From Minisyncoccota bacterium (GTDB taxonomy: Bacteria > Patescibacteriota > Minisyncoccia > Phycocordibacterales > GCA-2747955), in the NCBI GenBank assembly GCA_020628915.1, contig JAHDEI010000004.1:1-52614 (forward strand): a DNA stretch of 52,614 nt. The letters are read 5' to 3'. The notes beneath the pieces were generated by a model that worked only from the letters and a program-made list of their open reading frames with translations, had not been told where the DNA came from and ran no database searches. Position numbers and translations under genes: made by a program. This document shows positions 41,703 to 52,243 of this stretch, in pieces; position 1 is the stretch's first letter; each line of letters begins with the position of its first letter.

Positions 41703-42638
41703 TTACGCAGGGATGCTTTGTAATCGCAGGTACTCTTCGAGTATTTTCCCATGATCAGAATACATTTGATTCGTCGGTGCGTCATTTTTGGAAACAACAA
41801 GCGGTTCGGTTTTGTCCGGTTCACCACGAGGAGTTCCAGCAACAGTAGCAACGAACACTGTTGTAAAGTATTCAACACCACTTTGTTTTGTGCGAGGATC
41901 ACGACCAGGAGTGTCATATCGACCAAACGGTTTAATTGAGGTAATAGACAGGCCTGTCTCTTCTTGTGTTTCACGGATCGCAGCGGCCTGAGCACTTGTG
42001 TCTTCTGGGTCAATTTTCCCACCAATTAATGCTGCTTGGTTTGTGTCCAAACGCTTAATTAAGACCAAATCACCAGTGTCTTCATGTGTTGCGATAACGT
42101 CAACACATTCAATAATTGGATTTGGCAGCTTGCCGTAGGTGACAAGTGATTGTACGGGAGCATCACCCAAAACATGGCGACCACCTAATTCTGCAAGCTC
42201 TATAACGAATGCGAAACCAGCAACGGTCCCCCCAAGCTTTTCAACCAACTGGGAAGCGGCTCGAGCGGTACCGCCGGTTGCAAGCAAGTCATCAATTACC
42301 AAGACCGTGTCGTTGGCGTCAACTGCATGCTTCTGCATCTCAACCGTGTTTGATCCATATTCTAGATCATAGGACACCGAAACGGTTTCTCCTGGCAACT
42401 TGCCAGGCTTGCGCACCATAACCACTGGCACGTTGATTTCAATCGACAATAGTGTCGCGAATAAAAATCCACGAGCATCCAGGGCTGCAATTTTTGTGAC
42501 CTTGCCTCGCCACTTTTGTGCAAGCGAGTCAGTAATGAAACGAAGTGCGCTGGGTGTCAGTACTGATCCAATATCTTTAAATGCAATTCCTTCTTTTGGG
42601 AAGTCGTGCACCGTTGTGATTATGTTTTTGAGATTCAT
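41703..42638 (-). CDS. apt: Adenine phosphoribosyltransferase fused to a C-terminal Nudix hydrolase domain
   Basis: N-terminal 170 aa carry DFPKEGIAFKD, ALDARGF, and the VLVIDDLLATGGTA PRPP loop. The C-terminal part has the Nudix box GGKIDPEDTSAQAAAIRETQEETG (nt 41952-42023). Confidence 0.85.
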   Translation of the reverse strand: MNLKNIITTVHDFPKEGIAFKDIGSVLTPSALRFITDSLAQKWRGKVTKIAALDARGFLFATLLSIEINVPVVMVRKPGKLPGETVSVSYDLEYGSNTVEMQKHAVDANDTVLVIDDLLATGGTARAASQLVEKLGGTVAGFAFVIELAELGGRHVLGDAPVQSLVTYGKLPNPIIECVDVIATHEDTGDLVLIKRLDTNQAALIGGKIDPEDTSAQAAAIRETQEETGLSITSIKPFGRYDTPGRDPRTKQSGVEYFTTVFVATVAGTPRGEPDKTEPLVVSKNDAPTNQMYSDHGKILEEYLRLQSIPA

Positions 42639-42735
42639 TGATCTACTCCTTTGTAAATAAACATTCCTAGGAAAGTATACATAATATTTTCTATTCGTCT
42701 ATAAAAAATTAATTTTTGTAACAAATAAAGTATGA

Positions 42736-42762
42736 AAAAACTGCGACCGAGGTCGCAGTTTG
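42736..42762 (-). terminator. Intrinsic terminator after prs
   Basis: Minus strand ACTGCGACC-tcg-GTCGCAGT followed by TTTTT. Confidence 0.75.
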
Positions 42763-42767
42763 GGGCA

Positions 42768-43781
42768 CTACATATACTGACTGATGCTTCCGCCTTTCTG
42801 GCATTGTTCTTTAATTGCATCTGCAAGCAGTGCATCACAATCAACCACAGTAAGCCAGTCGCTGTGTTTCTCCATAAATTTTTTGGCACGAGGAATTGTA
42901 TTTGTTATATACACAGGAATTCCAGCCCGACCAAATTCTTCAACTGACTTTTCATCACTGAAGATACCATGGGTAGCACACATAATGACATCTTTTGCAC
43001 CAAGTCCTTTTATGCGAAGAGCAGCTTTTCTAGCTGTTCCTCCAGTATCAATCATGTCGTCATACATAATGACCGTCTTGCCTTTAACGCTTGGCCCGAT
43101 GACTTTTCCGATCTCAACGTTTTTGGAATCACGTTTTTTTTCAAAGACACAAACCGGTGCGTTAAACATGTGTTTGGAAAAGCGGTCTGCTCGTACACTG
43201 CTGCCGAAATCTGGCGCCACAATACGTAGGTCCTTTTGGTCTACGTTTAGTTTTTTCTTGAGAACATCTGCAAATAAGCGCCGAGAATTGAGGTTGTCCA
43301 GAGCCCCTTTAAAGAATCCTTGAGCCTGTTCAGTATGCAAGTCCATAGTGATGATGTGTCTTACCAAATCATATACCGCGACAAGGTTAAAAAAAGCTGA
43401 ACCCGAGATGGGACTGCGCGGCTCATCCTTTCGATCCTGTCTTTGATAGGGGATAAATGGTAGAACCAACGTTATATCTTGAACTGATGCTCGAGTAAGC
43501 ATGTCACAGGTTAGGTACATCATCATTGTTTGGATATTTGGGTTTGGCCACTGCATAGGCATGAGCAAAAATGCTTTCTGTCCTCGAATGGTATGAGGGC
43601 AGGTGGGTTTGAGCTCAAGACTTGTGAACTCTTGTTGCTTTATTTGGTACAGAGGCATATCCAGTCCGTACTGACGATTCAGTATTTTTTGTATTCGTTT
43701 GTCCATACCATGCATCCCAGGTGTCGACAGTAAAACAAAGTCTCCGTTGGGATTTCCATTTCTTTTTGCTGGTTTGGTCAT
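42768..43781 (-). CDS. prs: Ribose-phosphate pyrophosphokinase
   Basis: PYQRQDRK, DLHTEQAQGFF, and VIMYDDMIDTGGTA (PRPP binding loop). ATG 43781 lies 6 nt after GGAG. Confidence 0.92.
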   Translation of the reverse strand: MTKPAKRNGNPNGDFVLLSTPGMHGMDKRIQKILNRQYGLDMPLYQIKQQEFTSLELKPTCPHTIRGQKAFLLMPMQWPNPNIQTMMMYLTCDMLTRASVQDITLVLPFIPYQRQDRKDEPRSPISGSAFFNLVAVYDLVRHIITMDLHTEQAQGFFKGALDNLNSRRLFADVLKKKLNVDQKDLRIVAPDFGSSVRADRFSKHMFNAPVCVFEKKRDSKNVEIGKVIGPSVKGKTVIMYDDMIDTGGTARKAALRIKGLGAKDVIMCATHGIFSDEKSVEEFGRAGIPVYITNTIPRAKKFMEKHSDWLTVVDCDALLADAIKEQCQKGGSISQYM

Positions 43782-43887
43782 GTAATACTCCATCTTGTAA
43801 ATGATCAAATTCCTCGCGAAGTATAGCATGTTGACAGATCAAGTTACAATATTTGTAAATATGTAACAGAAAAGATACAATAAGCGC

Positions 43888-44631
43888 ATGAATTTCGAAG
43901 AACTTTTTAGAAGGCTTGGGTGTCCTAAACATACAGAAAAAGTATATACAGACTTGTTGACTCATCCCGTTAGTACTCCTACTGAAATTGAAACAAGAGC
44001 AAAGCTTCATAGGCCGGTGGTCTATCGAACACTCTCGAGCCTCTTAGAATTAAATCTCATATCAGAAACAAAAGAGGGGAAGAGATCGGTGTATTCAGCA
44101 CGAGGCCCTCAGAGCATCAAGCGAGCATTTTTGGATGTGTACGCAGATGTAAACACCGCAATTGAACAAAAGTTTTCAGGATATGTTTCTGAAGAAAAAG
44201 ATCAGGATGTGCTGGGAGCCGTGCAAGTATTTTCTGGCCCAGATGCGGTTACAAAAGTTTATGAAGATATTATCGCTCATACAAAAAAAGGAGAGACGTG
44301 GTATCGATATACGTCTGAGCAAGATTTGGATTTTGTAAACTCACTCTTACCAAAGGGGTATAGAAAAGATCGAGATCACAAAAAGTTAGAAAGAAAGGTT
44401 ATCTCGAACAGATCATCTGCTTCTCAGAAAAAGCCGAGACTAGAGCGATTTATTAAGATTATTGATCAAGACCACACAGGAGCTGGGTTTGATCAGAACT
44501 TTATTCAATTAGTGTATGGGTCGAAACTTGCGTTTATTGATCTTAACAAAATGCATGCGTTTGTTATTAGTAATAAGAACCTCGCAGAGTTTCAGAAAGT
44601 TATATTTCGAAAGTTGTACAAAAAACTATAA
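43888..44631 (+). CDS. TrmB-like winged-helix transcriptional regulator, paralogue C
   Basis: Collinear with paralogues A and B, ending in ..FQKVIFRKLYKKL. A TGACAGAT box lies at 43832-43839 in the divergent spacer shared with prs. Confidence 0.8.
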   Translation: MNFEELFRRLGCPKHTEKVYTDLLTHPVSTPTEIETRAKLHRPVVYRTLSSLLELNLISETKEGKRSVYSARGPQSIKRAFLDVYADVNTAIEQKFSGYVSEEKDQDVLGAVQVFSGPDAVTKVYEDIIAHTKKGETWYRYTSEQDLDFVNSLLPKGYRKDRDHKKLERKVISNRSSASQKKPRLERFIKIIDQDHTGAGFDQNFIQLVYGSKLAFIDLNKMHAFVISNKNLAEFQKVIFRKLYKKL

Positions 44632-44655
44632 GAAAAAGCGCACAATATGTACGCT

Positions 44656-45897
44656 TTATGTTTTTGGAAGTCCTGGAATAGATGTTGATTCTCCGGGTTG
44701 GTCTTTTCTCCAATGGAGGTACAAGTAATTCACTAGTGCTAATCCTAGCAGCGCGGCGATAGCGGTTTGAAATGAAATAGTAAATACTGATACGGCTAAA
44801 TACAATGCGACGAACACTACAAGTTTTGCTCCCATTGAAGAGATATTACGGTACATGGCCGCTGAAAGAGCTCCTCGTTCAGACCCCCGCAAGAACATAT
44901 TGGCATCAAGTGGCACGAGGACAAACAGTCCAAATAACCCGGTTGCGATTACTGATGCATATAAAAATAGTGGAGCATCAAAGATGAGCCTTCCGAGCCA
45001 GACGACAGCGAGGGCAAGTGCACCAATCATAATGATTTGTTCACGCCTTGTCCGTTTAATATGTCCCGCTGTGTATGAAAAGATAAGAGAGACAACGGGC
45101 ACAAGTACCGCAAGGATGGCCACAGAACCTAATTCTTCAAAAGTGAGATAAATAAAGATGGGCCAAATAATGTACTCAACTCCTTCGTGGATTTTAAAGA
45201 GACCAAAACTGAGGTGATTTTTAACCTCTCTTTTATTGTTGAAAAATTCTTTAAAAGACAGAGGTTTGTGTTCGGGCTTAGTTTTGATTTCTTTGATCTT
45301 CAGCAGTGGTATCAAAGAAAGAATGAACATAATCACTACAATGGAGACAACTAGTAAGCGACTTCCATCTGAGACGAGCAAGAGCGAGGATCCGATAATT
45401 GGTCCCAGTAGAGAAGCTGAACGAACGACCAGATGCAAAATACCAGTATTTTCACCAGTATTTTCCGGATCTTTGGTGGAGCCAATAAAGACGTATAGCG
45501 AAGCCACATAATAGAGTCCATCATATAGCGCAAACAAGAGTGCCAAAATTAGCAAATGTTCCCAGGTACTAATCTGAGAATAGACAATAAAGAATAAGAT
45601 ATTGATGATTGTTGCGATGACGATAGTTGTTTTTGCACCAAGTTTCTGTACAGAGAACCTGCCTAAGATGTTAGCCGGTATGTTGACTGCATGATAAATA
45701 ATGTAGAACAGTAAAACTTCACTGAGACTAAATCCTGTTCTCAGCATAAGAATAGGAATAAACACCGAAATCAACGAAGACGCAAACATGTGCATCCAAA
45801 TCGATGATTCAAAAAGCCAAAAATCATGAGATCGCTTGTGAGCAAATTGGTCGAGTCTATGGAAGAAATTTTGTATTAAGACGTGAGAGTCTCTCAT
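44656..45897 (-). CDS. Polytopic membrane transporter, probably MFS
   Basis: 413 aa with about 12 hydrophobic segments in two halves. No specific substrate motif recognised. Confidence 0.65.
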   Translation of the reverse strand: MRDSHVLIQNFFHRLDQFAHKRSHDFWLFESSIWMHMFASSLISVFIPILMLRTGFSLSEVLLFYIIYHAVNIPANILGRFSVQKLGAKTTIVIATIINILFFIVYSQISTWEHLLILALLFALYDGLYYVASLYVFIGSTKDPENTGENTGILHLVVRSASLLGPIIGSSLLLVSDGSRLLVVSIVVIMFILSLIPLLKIKEIKTKPEHKPLSFKEFFNNKREVKNHLSFGLFKIHEGVEYIIWPIFIYLTFEELGSVAILAVLVPVVSLIFSYTAGHIKRTRREQIIMIGALALAVVWLGRLIFDAPLFLYASVIATGLFGLFVLVPLDANMFLRGSERGALSAAMYRNISSMGAKLVVFVALYLAVSVFTISFQTAIAALLGLALVNYLYLHWRKDQPGESTSIPGLPKT

Positions 45898-45918
45898 AAG
45901 AAATATTGTAACAAAAGC

Positions 45919-45947
45919 AAAGAGCAGGGACTACGGCCCTGCTCTTT
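45919..45947 (-). terminator. Intrinsic terminator after hup
   Basis: AAAGAGCAGGG-actacgg-CCCTGCTCTTT. Confidence 0.8.
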
Positions 45948-45972
45948 GAAAATAGAATAAGAATATTGACTA

Positions 45973-46245
45973 TTATCGTACTGCTTCTTTCAAAGCTTTA
46001 CCAGCTTTAAATTTTGCAACTCGCATTGCTGGAACGTGGATAGTTTCTCCAGTTCGTGGGTTCCTGGCTTCTCGTGCTTTTCGTGCTGAAGTAGAAAATG
46101 ATCCAAATCCAGCGATAGCTACGTCACCACCTTTCTTCAGTTCTGTGAAAACTGCTTCGACAAATGAGTCAACCATTCGTCCTGCATCAGCTTTTGTACA
46201 GTCTACTGACTCAGCAATGTGGTCAATAAGTTCTTTTTTATTCAT
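45973..46245 (-). CDS. hup: Nucleoid-associated DNA-binding protein HU
   Basis: 90 aa. MNKKELI..., GFGSF, RNPRTGE..I.VPA....KFKAGK.LK. Confidence 0.93.
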   Translation of the reverse strand: MNKKELIDHIAESVDCTKADAGRMVDSFVEAVFTELKKGGDVAIAGFGSFSTSARKAREARNPRTGETIHVPAMRVAKFKAGKALKEAVR

Positions 46246-46359
46246 ATACGTATAAGTTATATTGATAATATTTAAATTGCCTCGGATAATTATATACTAA
46301 CGCTAGTATTACGCAATAGAGCCATATTTTGAAGGTTGATGTGATACAATGCATTCATC

Positions 46360-47457
46360 ATGGATAAACAAGTTCACATCAATTTCTCTACTTCGATGAT
46401 CATCAAAGCAATCGTAATTGGGATCCTTTTTTATCTCGCATTCTACTTTAGGCAACTTTTATTACTTATTTTGACTTCAGTGGTGATAGCATCAGCGGTT
46501 GAACCAGCAGTTGCTCGACTAGAGTCGTACAAAATCTCACGACCGTTCGGAACAATTTTAATTTACTGCCTGGTGATGCTGGTGGTGATTGGGGGTGTAA
46601 TCCTCATTGTTCCTATCTTTGTAAAGGAAACAGCCAATTTGGCTCAGGCAATCCCAGGCTACTTTAGTTCATTTGAGGCGTGGCTTAATTCAACACTTGC
46701 TTCGTCTGGGTTTAGCACAAACATCACAACACCTGATTCACTTAATGAATTAGCAGGAGCATCAAACGAATTACGAGGTGTGGCAAACATTTTCTTTAAT
46801 GGGGCAACAGGAGCACTCCGGTTTGTTTTTGAGTCACTCTTTAGTTTTTTACTGGTGTTTGTTCTCGCATTTTATTTTACTGTTCAAAAATATGGAATTG
46901 ATAACTTTTTAAAAGTAGTTATTCCACCAACGCACATCGATTATTCTTTGAATCTGTGGCATCGTTCACAAAAAAAGATTGGAAAGTGGATGCAAGGACA
47001 ATTGGTGCTAGCCTGCATTATTGGACTGCTGACATACCTAGGTCTTTTAATTTTGGGAATTAATTATGCGTTCTTGCTTGCAATTTTTGCGATGTTTGGG
47101 TCCCTCATCCCAATGATTGGACCAGTGATTTCAATGGTACCAACGCTGGCGGTTGCACTTGCTGATGGAGGGCTAGGGCTAGGGCTTTCAGTTTTGGTCC
47201 TGTACTTTATTATCCAACAAGTAGAATCAAATCTTATTTACCCAATGGTGGTTAAAAACGTTGTTGGGGTGCCCGCACTCGTTGTTATCCTGGGGGTGAT
47301 CATTGGAGGTTCACTGTTCGGATTCTTGGGAATTGTTCTCTCTGTGCCAGTTGCAGCGGCAGCTATGGAATACGTACGAGACATCCAAAAGCGCAATCAC
47401 GAGCACGAAAAGAAGATCGCCGAAGCAACAAGAAATCTAGAAGAACAAACTAGTTAA
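46360..47457 (+). CDS. AI-2E family (PerM/UPF0118) transporter
   Basis: About 8 TM helices, the conserved [10 protein letters not shown].. block and a [11 protein letters not shown].. tail. TGaTACAAT lies 9 nt before the ATG. Confidence 0.85.
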   Translation: MDKQVHINFSTSMIIKAIVIGILFYLAFYFRQLLLLILTSVVIASAVEPAVARLESYKISRPFGTILIYCLVMLVVIGGVILIVPIFVKETANLAQAIPGYFSSFEAWLNSTLASSGFSTNITTPDSLNELAGASNELRGVANIFFNGATGALRFVFESLFSFLLVFVLAFYFTVQKYGIDNFLKVVIPPTHIDYSLNLWHRSQKKIGKWMQGQLVLACIIGLLTYLGLLILGINYAFLLAIFAMFGSLIPMIGPVISMVPTLAVALADGGLGLGLSVLVLYFIIQQVESNLIYPMVVKNVVGVPALVVILGVIIGGSLFGFLGIVLSVPVAAAAMEYVRDIQKRNHEHEKKIAEATRNLEEQTS

Positions 47458-47461
47458 GTCT

Positions 47462-48901
47462 ATGAAAAAACCTTTTTATATTACTTCAACATTACCGTAC
47501 GTAAACGGTGAGCCACATCTCGGTTTTGCAACTGAGATTATCCGGGCGGACGTTTTAGCTCGACACAGGAGACAGAATGATCGAGAGGTATTTTTTAATA
47601 CCGGAACAGACGAACACGGACAAAAAATTTTTTTAAAAGCACAAGAACTTGGCATTACACCCCAAGAATTAGTAGATCAGGGCTCAGAAAAATTTAAAGC
47701 TCTCGCAGAAACTCTTAATCTGGGTTGGGATCGGTTTATCAGGACCACAGACACTGATCATGTTGCGGCAGCACAAAAGTTTTGGACTATTTGTGACAAC
47801 AACGGATATATTTATAAAAAAGAATACCAGACAAAATATTGTGTGGGTTGTGAGTTGGAAAAACAAGATTCAGATTTAGAAGATGGTGCGTGCCCCATTC
47901 ATCCTGACAAAGATCTCGAGATTCGAGAGGAAGAGAACTATTTTTTTAAATGGTCAGCATTCGAGGAGCAACTCAAAACGTTGTACACAGAGCAAAGCTC
48001 GTTTGTAAAGCCAAGCTTCCGTTTTAATGAAATCAAGGGATTTGTAGAGGCGGGTATTCGAGATTTTTCTATTTCCAGACTAAGGGAAAAGATGTCGTGG
48101 GGAATTCCAGTCCCAGGAGATGAAGACCACGTTATGTATGTGTGGTTTGATGCATTAGTTGATTATATTTCAACACTCGGGTGGGGATCGGATGATGAAT
48201 CTTTGTTTGATAAATTCTGGCAAGGAGGAGAGGTGGTGCAAATTTGTGGTAAAGACAACTTGCGACAACAATCAGCGATGTGGCAGGGGATGTTAATGGC
48301 TGCGGGTATAAAAAATTCAGACAAGATTTTGATTAACGGATTTATTAATGATGCTGATGGCCGCAAGATGTCTAAATCATTAGGAAATGTGATTGGTCCA
48401 GATGAATTAGTTGAAAAATACGGTGCAGATGCTTTACGTTATTACGTACTGCGACATGTGAACAATCACGAGGACTCGAGCTTTTCAAAAGAACAATTTC
48501 ACGAAGCATATATGGCAAATCTGGTGAATGGAATTGGAAATTTAACGAACCGAATTTTACAAATGTCTTCATCGTATGGAGTGAAGCTTGAGTCTGAGCC
48601 TGCAGTGCATCTAGAAGAATCTTTATTTCACTCGTACGATTTTAATGGTGAAATGGATCGTATTTGGCGCATGATTGGAGAGGCTGATCAATTTATTACT
48701 GATGAAGCACCGTTTAAAAAGATTAAGGTAGATGAAGATGCGGCAAAAGAAGACCTGAGGTACCTTTTAGAGAAGTTATTTGTCATTAATTATTATCTGG
48801 CGCCAATCATGCCTGAGACGTACGGCAAGATCAGGGTTGCGATCGAAGAGAATCAAAAACCCGAAACACCACTGTTTCCAAGAATCGAATTTGGGGGATA
48901 G
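47462..48901 (+). CDS. metG: Methionine--tRNA ligase (short form without the C-terminal dimerisation / tRNA-binding domain)
   Basis: [12 protein letters not shown] (HIGH-type), a CxxC..C zinc knuckle, and the KMSKSLGN motif. Confidence 0.95.
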   Translation: MKKPFYITSTLPYVNGEPHLGFATEIIRADVLARHRRQNDREVFFNTGTDEHGQKIFLKAQELGITPQELVDQGSEKFKALAETLNLGWDRFIRTTDTDHVAAAQKFWTICDNNGYIYKKEYQTKYCVGCELEKQDSDLEDGACPIHPDKDLEIREEENYFFKWSAFEEQLKTLYTEQSSFVKPSFRFNEIKGFVEAGIRDFSISRLREKMSWGIPVPGDEDHVMYVWFDALVDYISTLGWGSDDESLFDKFWQGGEVVQICGKDNLRQQSAMWQGMLMAAGIKNSDKILINGFINDADGRKMSKSLGNVIGPDELVEKYGADALRYYVLRHVNNHEDSSFSKEQFHEAYMANLVNGIGNLTNRILQMSSSYGVKLESEPAVHLEESLFHSYDFNGEMDRIWRMIGEADQFITDEAPFKKIKVDEDAAKEDLRYLLEKLFVINYYLAPIMPETYGKIRVAIEENQKPETPLFPRIEFGG

Positions 48902-48903
48902 AA

Positions 48904-48930
48904 AAAGAACGCACCATAGGTGCGCTCTTT
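48904..48930 (+). terminator. Intrinsic terminator after metG
   Basis: CGCACC-ata-GGTGCG core with flanking A/T pairing and a T-run. Confidence 0.65.
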
Positions 48931-48938
48931 GTTACAAT
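48930..48938 (+). promoter_or_regulatory. Extended -10 (TGtTACAAT) 6 nt upstream of the hydrolase ATG
   Basis: TGTTACAAT at 48930-48938, ATG at 48945. Confidence 0.5.
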
Positions 48939-48944
48939 ATTTTT

Positions 48945-49604
48945 ATGAATACAAACCCGAACGTAAAAAGAATTTTGTGTTTTGGAGATTCTAATATGCA
49001 AGGTATGCCACCGACCGGGTCGGGAAAAGAAAGATATCCTGCGAATCAAAGATGGCTAGGTGTTGCTCAAGATGCTTTGGGAAAAGAATATGAAATTTTA
49101 GAAGAGGCATTATGGGGCAGAACTACTGGTTCCGACGATATTAAGCGCGGGCTATTTTCAAATGGACTTACAATCTTACCAGTCATCCTTCATACGTATC
49201 AGCAGATAGATGTGTTTGTCTATATGCTTGGCACAAATGACGTCCACGAAAGAAAAAAAGTCACGCCTGAGCAGTCTTTTCACAACATTAAAATCTCTCT
49301 TGGTTTAGTGCATGACCTGTTGCCGAACGCAAAAATCCTTCTTATTGCACCTGTTCCAATTGATGAAGAAAAGGCAAACCGAGTAGATCAAAATCAATGG
49401 CAAGGAGGAGGGAGAGAATCTCATGAATTGGAACAAAAACTTTTTACAGAGTACTCAAAAGAGCAAGAAAATATTTATTTCTTGAGAGCATCTGATTATA
49501 TCCAAGTGAGTGAAATTGATGGAGTGCATTTTAATATAGATCAACACAGGGTATTAGGAAATATCGTTGCCAGTAAAATAAAAGAAATTTTTTATGAAAT
49601 TTAA
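48945..49604 (+). CDS. SGNH/GDSL-family hydrolase
   Basis: Block I ILCFGDSNMQG, block III LGTNDV, block V DGVHF. Start trimmed from the ORF-track 48780, which overlaps metG. Confidence 0.8.
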   Translation: MNTNPNVKRILCFGDSNMQGMPPTGSGKERYPANQRWLGVAQDALGKEYEILEEALWGRTTGSDDIKRGLFSNGLTILPVILHTYQQIDVFVYMLGTNDVHERKKVTPEQSFHNIKISLGLVHDLLPNAKILLIAPVPIDEEKANRVDQNQWQGGGRESHELEQKLFTEYSKEQENIYFLRASDYIQVSEIDGVHFNIDQHRVLGNIVASKIKEIFYEI

Positions 49605-50424
49605 CTATTTTGATATTCATTCACACCTTACAGAATCGCGATTTGATGGTATTCGAGATGATATAGCAAAACAAATGTCTCAAGAGGGGATTGGGACTAT
49701 TTCAATTGGTACAGACCAGGCAGAATCTAAAGCAGCCGTTGCGTTCGCACACAAGCACCCAAACGTGTTTGCATCTGTTGGTCAGCATCCAGTTGATAAT
49801 AGGTCCGAGTCATTTGATCCAGTTTTTTACCAAAAACTGTTAGACGAAAATAGCAACAAGATTGTATCTGTAGGCGAGTGCGGTCTCGACTATTATTGGC
49901 CCAAAAAAGATATCGAGGCTGGAAAATCATCAGAGTCTGACTTCAAGCAAGAAAAAGAACGTCAGATCGAGCTTTTTGAGTCTCAAATTGATTTTGCGGC
50001 TAAAAATAACTTACCGCTGATGTTACACGTGCGTTCTTTCAGCAATGCAGATGCACATCATGATGTATTCCAGATTCTTGAGCAAAAAGAGAAAGAGCAT
50101 GGCAAACTTCGTGCGAATTTTCACTTTTTTACAGAAGGTCCAGAGGTTGCAAAACAAATTGTTGCCCGGGGCTACTCGGTTTCTTTCCCAGGGGTTGTTA
50201 CATTCGCTGACTTAGATGAGACAATTCGCTCGGTTCCGATTGAGCAGATGTTTTCTGAAACTGACACGCCGTATGCTGCACCAAACCCATATCGAGGACA
50301 AGACGCCACACCACTGATGGTCTCAGAAATTGTAAAGAAGATTGCTCAGGTAAAAGAAATAAATGAACAAGATGTCGCAAAAACACTTGTCAAAAATGCG
50401 CAGAATTTTTTTGGTATATACTAG
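49594..50424 (+). CDS. tatD: TatD-family metal-dependent hydrolase
   Basis: FDIHSHL, VGECGLDYYW, LMLHVR, HFF, and SETDTPY motifs. Confidence 0.9.
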   Translation: MKFNYFDIHSHLTESRFDGIRDDIAKQMSQEGIGTISIGTDQAESKAAVAFAHKHPNVFASVGQHPVDNRSESFDPVFYQKLLDENSNKIVSVGECGLDYYWPKKDIEAGKSSESDFKQEKERQIELFESQIDFAAKNNLPLMLHVRSFSNADAHHDVFQILEQKEKEHGKLRANFHFFTEGPEVAKQIVARGYSVSFPGVVTFADLDETIRSVPIEQMFSETDTPYAAPNPYRGQDATPLMVSEIVKKIAQVKEINEQDVAKTLVKNAQNFFGIY

Positions 50425-50441
50425 AACAAGAAAGGACTACT

Positions 50442-50774
50442 ATGGACAAAAAAGTATCAGACGCTGGGACCTTATATTCGTTTAGTTTATTTGGTCGAAT
50501 GGTGTATATGTTTTCTTCAAACAAGGGTTCGTATCGTGGCGGCAAAAGACGCAATCAAAACAAAAAGATGATAATGCTGTTTGGCCGAGCACGATCAATC
50601 ACTCACGTGGATGACCTCACTGTTGAGGAAAAGATTGTGGGACCCGCTTTGCTCACGATCGAAAAACAGATACCTCATCTAATTGAATTTTATTCGTATT
50701 CCTGGGTTATCGAATGGTGGAAAGAACCGTATACTGAAGAAAAATTCAAGCCATTTTATGAAATGAAAAAGTAA
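50442..50774 (+). CDS. Hypothetical protein (110 aa)
   Basis: Clean ORF. No family recognised. Confidence 0.5.
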   Translation: MDKKVSDAGTLYSFSLFGRMVYMFSSNKGSYRGGKRRNQNKKMIMLFGRARSITHVDDLTVEEKIVGPALLTIEKQIPHLIEFYSYSWVIEWWKEPYTEEKFKPFYEMKK

Positions 50775-50854
50775 AATCCTCCCAAAAAGGGGATTTTTAT
50801 TTGACATTAACTAAATTTATGGTAATATTTATTACAGCATCCAAGGAGAGAAAT

Positions 50855-50983
50855 ATGTCTATGGCACAGCTGCAAGAATTCAAAGAGAGGCTAGAAGCCT
50901 TAAAAAATTTACCCCTACAATCGATCGAAAGAATACGAGGGTTAAGACAATTAGATGCGGATATTACCGCAGTATCAAAATAA
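50855..50983 (+). CDS. Possible small helical protein (42 aa)
   Basis: AAGGAGAG lies 5 nt before ATG 50855. A strong terminator follows immediately. Confidence 0.4.
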   Translation: MSMAQLQEFKERLEALKNLPLQSIERIRGLRQLDADITAVSK

Positions 50984-51016
50984 AAAAGCCGCTCTACGGA
51001 GCGGCTCAATTTTTTA
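50983..51016. terminator. Bidirectional terminator
   Basis: AGCCGCTC-tacg-GAGCGGCT flanked by an A-run and a T-run. Confidence 0.8.
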
Positions 51017-52183
51017 TTCTGACCAGACTACACCGTCATCTTGATGGTGTGTTGCCCACGAGAAGAACATTTCGTGGTATCCTGGCAACACTTTTCCAGA
51101 TGGGTTTTTTACAATAATTTTTCCGTCTTCAACTATGGCTGTGAGAGTTCCTGAGGCAGTTGATACAGTTGCCGATCCGGACTCTATTAATGCTGCACGA
51201 GCGAATGCAACCGATTGGTTGCCGGTTGGGACTACATACATTATTTCTTTCAAGGACAGCCGATTGTCTGTGACCGAAACAGGGAAGTAGAGACTGTCAT
51301 TGTCGTCATAATTTCCGTACGGATAAAAATCATATACCCTTGTATGTCCTGTGTCCCGACTGAGAACTTTTCCGTTAGGGTATTGCTCTGAAAATTCTTT
51401 AAAAGAAAGTAATTGCGAGGGGAATATTGGTAATTCTTCTCCAAGTTTATCTCCAACAACCGCGCGCCCTAATGCTTGCGACCACAGAGATTCTGTCGTC
51501 CGGTCAAACATCAGCAGATTTGATTCCCAAAGTTTTCCGCTGACGCCAAAATTTTCTTGTTTGCCGTTAATTCGTGGATCAAATACGATCCCAGTTCCAC
51601 ACAAGGGACAAAAAGTAACCAAAACAGGTGCCCCTCCAACGGTATCATTAACAATCTCATGCCAGACGAGAATGTTGTACGGATAGAATTTTGCTTCGCC
51701 ACCGCTTTCTACCAAAAGACCATTCGTATCATCGTTTTCAATTTCTTTTGCAGCATTCACGGAAATGAAAGTAGGATTATCGAGTGCGGGAATCCCATCT
51801 TTACCGGGACCACCCCCTAATATTTCAGCGAAGGGAATAGAGATTTTTGCAGTGTTTGTTTTGAGGTCATCTCGTGCAAAAGCCTGTTTTCGTTCAGGTT
51901 CTGTCTCCACAGCTGCAGGTTCTGTAGTGGGATCATCCTTTTTTTTCATGATTTCTTCTGAGGTTTCGGCAGGCTCCTCGGTTGGTTCGGCAGTATTTAC
52001 ACCTTTCCCATTTTCCATTACCTCGGTTGGGTCAGAGATCTCGACTTCCAAATTCTTAGCAGGGATTTCTGGAGCCTGGGGTTGAGCAATTTCAACAAGA
52101 GATACCTGGTTATTCTTTGGCAGCAATACAAATCCTAGTGCAGTCAAGACGGCAATGGTAATAATCGGGAGGATGACTTTCAT
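51014..52183 (-). CDS. DUF3179-domain protein with an N-terminal membrane anchor and an acidic linker
   Basis: YPYNILVWHEIVND..GGAPVLVTFCPLCGTGIVF is the DUF3179 core. Confidence 0.8.
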   Translation of the reverse strand: MKVILPIITIAVLTALGFVLLPKNNQVSLVEIAQPQAPEIPAKNLEVEISDPTEVMENGKGVNTAEPTEEPAETSEEIMKKKDDPTTEPAAVETEPERKQAFARDDLKTNTAKISIPFAEILGGGPGKDGIPALDNPTFISVNAAKEIENDDTNGLLVESGGEAKFYPYNILVWHEIVNDTVGGAPVLVTFCPLCGTGIVFDPRINGKQENFGVSGKLWESNLLMFDRTTESLWSQALGRAVVGDKLGEELPIFPSQLLSFKEFSEQYPNGKVLSRDTGHTRVYDFYPYGNYDDNDSLYFPVSVTDNRLSLKEIMYVVPTGNQSVAFARAALIESGSATVSTASGTLTAIVEDGKIIVKNPSGKVLPGYHEMFFSWATHHQDDGVVWSE

Positions 52184-52243
52184 AATAAAAAATTACTTTC
52201 TAATGTAATGTAAAGTCTACTATACATTTCTTTTTTCTACAAA

